Assembly (NCBI GenBank): GCA_038258625.1
Contig: JBBSPP010000001.1
Location: 1 to 29,379 of the forward strand
Length of the DNA: 29,379 nucleotides
Source: Chitinophagales bacterium
GTDB lineage: Bacteria; Bacteroidota; Bacteroidia; Chitinophagales; Chitinophagaceae
Direction: 5' to 3'
Shown here: in pieces, positions 16,599 through 23,906 of the stretch
How the letters are laid out: every line of letters begins with the position of its first letter
Numbering within the stretch: position 1 is the stretch's first letter
Position numbers and translations under genes: made by a program
Notes under the pieces: generated by a model
The model's database searches: none
Seen by the model: the letters and a program-made list of their open reading frames with translations, nothing else
Told to the model about the DNA's origin: nothing

Positions 16599-16630
16599 GG
16601 CTGCTCAGATTTTTCTGGGCGGCTTTTTTT
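16599..16630 (+). terminator. Intrinsic terminator after the collagen-like gene
   Basis: GGCTGCTCAGA-TTTT-TCTGGGCGGCT stem (with G-U pairs) followed by a T-run. Confidence 0.7.
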
Positions 16631-16994
16631 ATTTTTCCTCGTCGCTCTTTTTTATACGCTCTAATACAGCATCTATTTTGGCTACATAATCAAGCGTGTC
16701 ATCATCAAAAAAAGCGAGGGTCGGAATTTTACGTACATTATTTTTTATCCGTGTGCCCAATTCTCGGCGCACTTCCCAATTGTCTTTTTCAATCTTGGCT
16801 AGCATGGTTTCTTTATCATCAATCTGAAACATACTGATGTAAATTTTTGCCTCGGCAAGGTCGGGAGTCACCCGCACGCGCATGATCGAAATCATGCCAT
16901 TGCCCATAATATTCCAACCTTTTTTTCTGAAAATTTCGGTCAGTTCTTCCTCGAGCATTCGCCCTACTTGTTTTTGTCTTTTAGTTTCTTCCAT
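16629..16994 (-). CDS. rbfA: 30S ribosome-binding factor A
   Basis: MEETKRQKQVGRMLEEEL...VRVTPDLAEAKIYIS...RKIPTLAFFDDDTLDY. The true start is ATG at 16994; the track extension to 17117 overlaps the ABC transporter gene. Confidence 0.95.
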   Translation of the reverse strand: MEETKRQKQVGRMLEEELTEIFRKKGWNIMGNGMISIMRVRVTPDLAEAKIYISMFQIDDKETMLAKIEKDNWEVRRELGTRIKNNVRKIPTLAFFDDDTLDYVAKIDAVLERIKKSDEEK

Positions 16995-17030
16995 TCCCCA
17001 AATTTTAAAACGTAAATTTACACCCTTATA

Positions 17031-18869
17031 ATGAGAGACATCTTCCTCATATTCAAAAGCTTTATAAAAGGTAAATGGTCGTACGTTTTTACGTTTGCGA
17101 TTACCAATTTGTTGCAAGCCGTTTTTTCGTTGGTATCGTTGGCTTTGTTGGTGCCGTTTTTAAAATTACTTTTTGGCGAAAAAGAAAATTTAATTTTACA
17201 AAAACCCGAATTTAGTTGGAGCACGAGTGGGTTACAAAACTCTTTTAATTACGAACTGAGCCAAATAATTATAGAAAATGACAATCAAAAAGAGTACGCC
17301 ATTCTCTTTATTATTGGTGTTTTGTTAGCCGCCATTATTCTCAAAAATTTCTTTTTATATATTTCACGATACGTGCTAGCTCCACTGCGCAACCGAATTA
17401 CTCAAGATATACGTGAAGATTTGTACAAAAAATCTTTGGCGTTACCTATTGGTTTTTTTAGCGAAGAGCGCAAAGGTGATATTATATCACGCATGAGTAA
17501 TGATGTACTGGAGGTAGAGGCGTCCATCATAGCCGTGATGGAATTATTATTTGGCATCCCAATTTTGGTCCTATTTTACCTTGGCATTATGCTTACTATG
17601 AGTTGGAAATTATTTTTATTCCTCGCCGTCCTTCTGCCAATTGCAGGATTAATTATTGGCCGAATTAGTAAGGAATTAAAAAAACAAAGCCACGAAAGTC
17701 AGAGTTATATAGGCAATCTTATTTCGATGTTGGACGAGAGCCTGGGCGGGCTGCGCATTATAAAAGCTTTTGGTGCGGAGCGAAATAGAACAGCTCATTT
17801 TGCCCATCAGAATGATGAACTGGTACAAACTCAGAACAGTGTAGCCCTACGCCGTGAAGCGGCGTCACCAACATCCGAGACGCTGGGCATTATGGTGTTG
17901 TGTGTCATACTCTGGTTTGGTGGGCGCATGGTTTTTCAAAATGAAATCACCTCGGACACGTTCATTCTTTTTATACTAATTTTTACCCAACTTCTCGATC
18001 CGCTCAAAAAACTTTCGATGTACTTCTACAACGTGGCAAGAGGAAAGGCGAGCATCGAGCGGATAAATAAAATTCGTACGGCGCACAATCCAATTGTGGA
18101 TGCACCAAATGCGCAATCCATTACAGAATTTAAAAATGAAATCGAATTCAGAAATGTGGTTTTTGCATACCCTGATGCTACCATTCTAAAAGGTATTAAT
18201 CTTAAAATAAAAAAAGGGCAGAGCCTTGCTTTGGTTGGTGCTTCGGGTGCGGGTAAAAGTACTTTGGCGGATTTAATTCCCCGTTTTCATGAGGTGAGTA
18301 GTGGTGAAATTTTGATAGACGGTGTCAACATTGCGCATTACAAAATAAGTGATTTGCGCCAACTGATGGGCATTGTTTCCCAGGAGCCAATTCTTTTTAA
18401 TGATACCATAGAAAATAATATAGCCCTTGGGCAAGAGAATATTGATGCGCAAAAAATTACGGAAAGTTGCCAAGTAGCCAACGCCACATTTGTATTTGAA
18501 AAAGAAGACGGCGTGCAAACCAACATAGGCGACCGTGGAAATAAACTAAGCGGCGGCGAAAAACAGCGACTCACCATTGCGCGCGCCATTTATAAAAATC
18601 CTCCGATACTAATTTTGGACGAAGCAACTTCTTCGCTGGACACCGTGAGCGAAAAAATAGTGCAAGATGCCATTCAAAATTTAATGCAAAACCGTACTTC
18701 CATTGTAATAGCCCACCGCCTCAGCACCATTCAAAATGCAGATGAAATCATCGTGCTTGAAAAAGGCGAAATTCAGGAGCGCGGAAAGCATGACGAGCTG
18801 CTTGCCCAAAACGGCCTTTACAGCAAACTAGTAAAAATGCAATACATTACGAAAAGCAACGAAAAATAG
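17031..18869 (+). CDS. ABC exporter, fused permease and ATP-binding domains (MsbA-like)
   Basis: Six-TM N-terminal half; Walker A GASGAGKS, signature LSGGEKQR, Walker B ILDEATSSLD, AHRLSTI. Confidence 0.93.
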   Translation: MRDIFLIFKSFIKGKWSYVFTFAITNLLQAVFSLVSLALLVPFLKLLFGEKENLILQKPEFSWSTSGLQNSFNYELSQIIIENDNQKEYAILFIIGVLLAAIILKNFFLYISRYVLAPLRNRITQDIREDLYKKSLALPIGFFSEERKGDIISRMSNDVLEVEASIIAVMELLFGIPILVLFYLGIMLTMSWKLFLFLAVLLPIAGLIIGRISKELKKQSHESQSYIGNLISMLDESLGGLRIIKAFGAERNRTAHFAHQNDELVQTQNSVALRREAASPTSETLGIMVLCVILWFGGRMVFQNEITSDTFILFILIFTQLLDPLKKLSMYFYNVARGKASIERINKIRTAHNPIVDAPNAQSITEFKNEIEFRNVVFAYPDATILKGINLKIKKGQSLALVGASGAGKSTLADLIPRFHEVSSGEILIDGVNIAHYKISDLRQLMGIVSQEPILFNDTIENNIALGQENIDAQKITESCQVANATFVFEKEDGVQTNIGDRGNKLSGGEKQRLTIARAIYKNPPILILDEATSSLDTVSEKIVQDAIQNLMQNRTSIVIAHRLSTIQNADEIIVLEKGEIQERGKHDELLAQNGLYSKLVKMQYITKSNEK

Positions 18870-18891
18870 TTGCCCCTTTCGCAGAAAACAG

Positions 18892-18899
18892 TATTTTTG
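18892..18899 (+). promoter_or_regulatory. -7 box (TATTTTTG) for the small lipoprotein gene and possibly comEC-purH
   Basis: Exact TAnnTTTG match 9 nt before ATG 18909; a GTTG about 19 nt upstream could serve as the -33 element. Confidence 0.5.
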
Positions 18900-18908
18900 G
18901 AATCAGTT

Positions 18909-19112
18909 ATGAAAAATCTTCTGTTACTATTAGCTTGTTTTTTATTGGTAGGAATTAGTGCTACATCTTGCAAAAAAAATTACACCTGCGAGTGTACCAC
19001 ACCCAATGGATCGGATAGTGTGAGCTACGAATTGAAAGAGCTACGCAAAAATGATGCTAATAGCAAGTGCATTGAGTACGGCAAATTTTGGGGCATTTGT
19101 ACCATACGGTAG
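18909..19112 (+). CDS. Small Cys-rich lipoprotein (SCKK-x-Y-T-C-x-C type)
   Basis: MKNLLLLLACFLLVGISATSCKKNYTCECTT...C...C; 67 aa from ATG 18909. Confidence 0.75.
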   Translation: MKNLLLLLACFLLVGISATSCKKNYTCECTTPNGSDSVSYELKELRKNDANSKCIEYGKFWGICTIR

Positions 19113-19123
19113 ATTCTTAAAAA

Positions 19124-21202
19124 ATGCGCAATATTCACAGCACGCCTTTTTTGCGCATAGTGTTTCCCTTCATAGTTGGGATTATTTTCTTCAAATTACT
19201 CCCTCAGCTTTTTACTGTCGCTTTTGTGGCAGTTTTTTTATTGGCAATATTCGCAGTAATAGGTTTTCAGTTTTTATCAGTTCTGCAAAAAATCAAACTA
19301 AACTGGATAAATGGCTTGGCCATGAATGGTCTTTTAATTGCGCTCGGATTCTTAATTTATCATTTTCATTTTATAGAACATCAGGCAGGTTGGTATCAAA
19401 AAATGGCAACGCCCACCGCCAAATTAAGAGCCAAAATTATTAGCCCAATAAAAATAACGGAGCGTACCTACAAAGCGAATGTTGAAATAACGGGCGTGTA
19501 TGAAAAAAATAAGTTTACAAAAACTCACGGTGAGGCAATATTGTATTTTCAACAAGGTGATGCTCTTCCTCAGTTAAATATCAATGACGAAATTGTTTTT
19601 GTAAATAAGCTCAATGCAATTATCCCGAAAGGCAATCCGGGCGAATTTAATTACGCAGCATTCAGTCAAAATCGAGATGTTTATGACCAAGCATTTTTAA
19701 GTAAAAATGAGTGGCAAAAGGTAACTAGTGAACCAACTTATTTTCAAAACCCATTCCCCGTTTTGCATGAAAAAATAAAAGAAATTATTTCTGAAAATAT
19801 TCCTCACGCAGAATCAAAAGGCATCGCGCTCGCGCTAATTACCGGCTACCGAAATGACATTGACAAAGAAATTTATAACCAATATACCAAAACGGGATTG
19901 GTGCATTTGCTCGCCATTTCGGGCTTACACATGGGCGTTTTTTATTATGGCACTATTTGGGTGTTGGGTTTTATTCCGTTTTTCAAGAAAAGAAAAAAAT
20001 CGTTGATTGTGCTTTCGCTGATTATAATGTGGCTGTTTGCTATGGTCACCACGTTTCCGCCTTCGGTGCAGCGTGCTAGTGTCATGTTTACTTTTCTAGG
20101 CATCGGGCAACTCATAAATAGAAAAATACCGAGTGTCAATTTTCTGTTTGCGTCAGCTTTTTTTCTACTTTTATTACAGCCGCATTTATTATTCGAAGTT
20201 GGTTTTCAGCTTTCATACACGGCCGTGCTGGGCATTTTACTTTTCTTTATTCCATTGCGCAATGGGTATTTTCCTAAAAATAAAGTCAGCAAATTCTTAT
20301 GGGAAATTATGTGCCTCTCGTTTAGTGCGCAACTGCTTACGTTCCCCATAGCCATTTATTATTTTCATCAGTTTCCGTTGATTTTTTTGCTCACCAATAT
20401 GGTGGCCATTCCGTTGGTAACGGTTATAATATATGGCGAGGTCTTTTTAATCATTCTTTCATTTATTCCGGGTGGATCAAAGTTTTTCGGAATAATTGTT
20501 GACGCACTCATTCGCTTTCTCAATTGGTTTATTGACGCTACTTCATCCATATCGTTTGTCAGTATCACCAATATTCAAATAAGTTTGTTGCAATGTTTTT
20601 TGCTGCTTGCCATCATGTTGTGCATGGCGGCTTGGTTTTTGGCGAAGCAAAAACTAGTTGCGCCATTGGCACTTATTTTATTCTTGGGCTTCATGTTTAT
20701 TGCTGTTTTTGAAAAAATGCAGCAACTTCAACAACACAAAATTATGGTTTACAATTCCAACACTCCTTATTTGGAAATTTTATCGGGCAGCAATTTTTAT
20801 ACAAAAGATTCTTCCACTGAAAAAGATTCAGAAAATTTTGTGCAATACACCGTCGGCCCTAGTCATTTATATTTTGGTATAAAAAATAGTGCAGATGAAA
20901 ACTACACTTGGCAATCCAATTCGCACTACGATTTTATTCATGCCCATGGCACAAGCCTGTTGCGAGTACGAAAAGCCTACAAATTGAAATCAACCAAACC
21001 AATCGTAATTGATTATCTAATTATTTCCGACAAGTGGGTAAAAAATATTGCTGAGCTTTTGACCTATATCACACCGCGCGAATTAATTATTGACGGCAAT
21101 ATTCCGTTGTGGAAAATCGAAGACATCAAAAGCCAACTGCGCGAAGTAAATTTGCCGATTCATTATATTAGCACCAATGGTGCAAAAATTATCTCCTTAT
21201 GA
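19124..21202 (+). CDS. comEC: ComEC/Rec2 family competence protein
   Basis: N-terminal TM and OB-like (DUF4131-like) region with NPGEFNY; core TGLVHLLAISGLHMG, PPSVQRA and EVGFQLSY. Confidence 0.92.
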   Translation: MRNIHSTPFLRIVFPFIVGIIFFKLLPQLFTVAFVAVFLLAIFAVIGFQFLSVLQKIKLNWINGLAMNGLLIALGFLIYHFHFIEHQAGWYQKMATPTAKLRAKIISPIKITERTYKANVEITGVYEKNKFTKTHGEAILYFQQGDALPQLNINDEIVFVNKLNAIIPKGNPGEFNYAAFSQNRDVYDQAFLSKNEWQKVTSEPTYFQNPFPVLHEKIKEIISENIPHAESKGIALALITGYRNDIDKEIYNQYTKTGLVHLLAISGLHMGVFYYGTIWVLGFIPFFKKRKKSLIVLSLIIMWLFAMVTTFPPSVQRASVMFTFLGIGQLINRKIPSVNFLFASAFFLLLLQPHLLFEVGFQLSYTAVLGILLFFIPLRNGYFPKNKVSKFLWEIMCLSFSAQLLTFPIAIYYFHQFPLIFLLTNMVAIPLVTVIIYGEVFLIILSFIPGGSKFFGIIVDALIRFLNWFIDATSSISFVSITNIQISLLQCFLLLAIMLCMAAWFLAKQKLVAPLALILFLGFMFIAVFEKMQQLQQHKIMVYNSNTPYLEILSGSNFYTKDSSTEKDSENFVQYTVGPSHLYFGIKNSADENYTWQSNSHYDFIHAHGTSLLRVRKAYKLKSTKPIVIDYLIISDKWVKNIAELLTYITPRELIIDGNIPLWKIEDIKSQLREVNLPIHYISTNGAKIISL

Positions 21203-22710
21203 ACAAAAAAATACAATCAGCATTACTCTCCGTTTTTTATAAAGATGGCATCGATACGCTGGCTAAAACGCTCCAAGATTTTGGTGTAAAAATTTACTCC
21301 ACGGGCGGTACGCAAACATTTTTAGAAGATGCTGGCATCAGTTGCATAGCCGTAGAAACCGTTACAAGCTATCCCTCTATTTTAGGCGGACGAGTAAAAA
21401 CACTACACCCAAAAGTATTTGGTGGGATACTCGGAAAACGTTCTGACCAAACGCATTTATCAGAAATGAAGGAGCACGAAATTCCCGAATTGGATTTGGT
21501 GATTGTGGATTTATATCCCTTTGAAGAAACGTTAGCGAGTACAAATGAAGAAGCAAAAATTATAGAAAAAATTGATATTGGCGGACCAAGCATGTTGCGC
21601 GCTGCTGCCAAAAATTTTCAGGATGTTTGTGTTGTAGGTTCAAAAGATGATTATGAAAACTTGGGCGAAATACTCAAAAATCAAAACGGAGAAACCACCT
21701 TGGAACAGCGCAAAAATTTTGCGGCAAAGACATTTAAAATTGTGATGGATTATGATATTGCCATTTCCAATTATTTCAACCCAGAAGGGAGGGCAGAAAC
21801 GCGAACGCTGCGCTATGGCGAAAATCCGCATCAAGCCGCTACATTTATTGGCAATTTATCCGAGCTGTTTGAACAGCTAAATGGTAAAGAACTTTCGTAC
21901 AATAATTTGGTGGACGTGGATGCCGCTGTAGGTTTATTGAATGAATTTGGTGATGAAAAAAATAGTTTTTTCGCGGTGTTCAAACATACCAATGTATGCG
22001 GCGCGGCTATCAGAGGAAACGGTTTTGAAGCTTGGAAAGCCGCCCTAGCTGGCGACCCCGAAAGCGCATTTGGTGGAGTAATAATTACTAATCAAGAAAT
22101 TTCTATGGAAGTTGCGCAAGATCTCAGCGGTATATTTTTTGAAGTTTTAATCGCGCCCTCTTTTAATGCCGAAGCCTTAGAACTTTTGAGCAAAAAGAAA
22201 AATAGAATACTCCTACGCAGAAATGTCAATCCCGATAGCTATCGGGACAAATGTCAAATGTCAAAAACTATTTTGGGTGGAAGACTTCTTCAGGAATCCG
22301 ATGAAGGCAATTACGAAAAATGGGACGAAGTTGGCGCTCGGGAAAGTAACGAAACTGAAAAATCTAATTTGTCTTTCGCTAATATTTTGTGCAAACATTT
22401 AAAATCAAACGCCATTGTACTGGTAAAAAATAAGCAACTAATTGGTAAGGGCTGCGGGCAAACTTCGCGCATTGATGCGCTGCGCCATGCCATAGCCAAG
22501 GCACAACAATTTGATTTTGATTTGAACGATGCTGTGCTGGCGAGCGATGCTTTTTTTCCGTTTGATGATTGTATAAAAATTGCTCATGAAGTTGGCGTTT
22601 CGGCTTGCATTCAACCGGGCGGTTCAATGCGGGATGGAGATTCGGTTGATTTTGCCAAGGCCAATAATATGGTGATGGTGATGACGGGGATGCGGCATTT
22701 TAAGCATTAG
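21199..22710 (+). CDS. purH: Bifunctional AICAR transformylase/IMP cyclohydrolase
   Basis: ALLSVFYKDGI, STGGT, GGRVKTLHPKVFGGIL, IDIGGPSMLRAAAKN, LRYGENPHQ, SDAFFPF, QPGGS, TGMRHFKH. Confidence 0.98.
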   Translation: MNKKIQSALLSVFYKDGIDTLAKTLQDFGVKIYSTGGTQTFLEDAGISCIAVETVTSYPSILGGRVKTLHPKVFGGILGKRSDQTHLSEMKEHEIPELDLVIVDLYPFEETLASTNEEAKIIEKIDIGGPSMLRAAAKNFQDVCVVGSKDDYENLGEILKNQNGETTLEQRKNFAAKTFKIVMDYDIAISNYFNPEGRAETRTLRYGENPHQAATFIGNLSELFEQLNGKELSYNNLVDVDAAVGLLNEFGDEKNSFFAVFKHTNVCGAAIRGNGFEAWKAALAGDPESAFGGVIITNQEISMEVAQDLSGIFFEVLIAPSFNAEALELLSKKKNRILLRRNVNPDSYRDKCQMSKTILGGRLLQESDEGNYEKWDEVGARESNETEKSNLSFANILCKHLKSNAIVLVKNKQLIGKGCGQTSRIDALRHAIAKAQQFDFDLNDAVLASDAFFPFDDCIKIAHEVGVSACIQPGGSMRDGDSVDFAKANNMVMVMTGMRHFKH

Positions 22711-22802
22711 TATTTTAGGGTAAAAAAGACGTTTTTCCCAGAAATATGATTAAACATTCTGTGCAGTACAGGTATTACGTTGAGACTTAATTATTATAAA
22801 TC

Positions 22803-23798
22803 TTATCCGTTTGCACATTCATACATCCGTTCAATAATACTCACCACTTCTTTTCCCTCCTGGGCGTTGGTCATCATTTCAGCTTTGCCGCGCAGGTGGT
22901 CTATTACATTTTGTATCATAAGGTCGTGGTTGCTCATGCTACCTTGGTATAGGCCGTAGTCGTTTGCTTTTGCCGTAATATTTATTTGGGGTATGGTGTG
23001 ATTTTTTATCTTTTGATATTCTATAGTATTTAAATATTGCCCGCCAATTTTCACTGTTCCATTTTCGGCAAGGATAGATATTGCACCTTCCATATTGCGC
23101 TCGTAGCTAGATGTAGAATAATTAAAATTTACCAGTGCGCCATCATTTGTTTGTAATAAAAAAACACCGCTATCCTCGGTTTGGATATAGGGGTGATTAA
23201 AATTGCTGATGATGCCGGAAATCACTTTTACGGTGCCAAACAAATAATACAAAATATCTATGAAGTGCGAAAACTGTGTAAACAAACATCCGCCGTCGTT
23301 GTCTTTTGTGCCGCGCCAATCGCTTTGGGCGTAGTAGTTTTCGTTGCGGTTCCAAAAGCAATTTATGTTTACCACAAAAACTTGCCCCAGTATGTTTTGT
23401 TCCAACAGTTTTTTTACTTCCGCCACGGGTGGGTTGTGGCGGTTTTGTTTTACTACGAATAATTTTTTATTATTTTTTTCAGCAGCGGCTATCATGTTGT
23501 TACACTCCGCCACTCTCATGGCCATTGGTTTTTCACATACCACATTTATGCCTTTTTCTAAACCCAAAATTGTATGCTCGCTGTGCAAATAATTGGGCGT
23601 GCATACATTGAGTACATCAATTTTTTCATTGGTCAAAAGTTGGTTGAGTGAGGTGTAATAATTACAATTCAGCTCGTCGGGTTTTGATTGTAATGATGCT
23701 ACAGCTACTAATTCGGCTTGGTCATTTTGTAAAATATGATGGGCGTGGCGCTGGCCAATATTGCCGTAGCCTACTATTCCAAATTTTACTTTGCTCAT
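22803..23798 (-). CDS. Gfo/Idh/MocA oxidoreductase, WlbA/WbpB-like (UDP-GlcNAcA 3-dehydrogenase type)
   Basis: GIVGYGNIG, CTPNYLH, CEKPMA, VVKQNRHNPPV, W-N-R-x-x-x-Y-Y...WRGT...DGG-x-LFTQFSHFID, GSMSNH. Confidence 0.8.
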   Translation of the reverse strand: MSKVKFGIVGYGNIGQRHAHHILQNDQAELVAVASLQSKPDELNCNYYTSLNQLLTNEKIDVLNVCTPNYLHSEHTILGLEKGINVVCEKPMAMRVAECNNMIAAAEKNNKKLFVVKQNRHNPPVAEVKKLLEQNILGQVFVVNINCFWNRNENYYAQSDWRGTKDNDGGCLFTQFSHFIDILYYLFGTVKVISGIISNFNHPYIQTEDSGVFLLQTNDGALVNFNYSTSSYERNMEGAISILAENGTVKIGGQYLNTIEYQKIKNHTIPQINITAKANDYGLYQGSMSNHDLMIQNVIDHLRGKAEMMTNAQEGKEVVSIIERMYECANG

Positions 23799-23856
23799 GT
23801 TTTATATTAAAAAAAATAATTCTCTTGGTTCGGTAGAAAACGTTTTACAAGAATGT

Positions 23857-23905
23857 AAAAAAATTACTCTCATGGTTCTTGAAGGCACGAACCATGAGAG
23901 TAATT
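23857..23905 (-). terminator. Strong intrinsic terminator of the PNGase F-like gene
   Basis: Perfect 17-bp inverted repeat AATTACTCTCATGGTTC (23862-23878) / GAACCATGAGAGTAATT (23889-23905) directly after the stop, followed by a T-run on the minus strand. Confidence 0.85.
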
Positions 23906-23906
23906 G

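Noticed and set aside
16995-17117. N-terminal extension of rbfA in the track
   Set aside because: It overlaps the ABC exporter start; RbfA similarity begins at MEETKRQ (16994).
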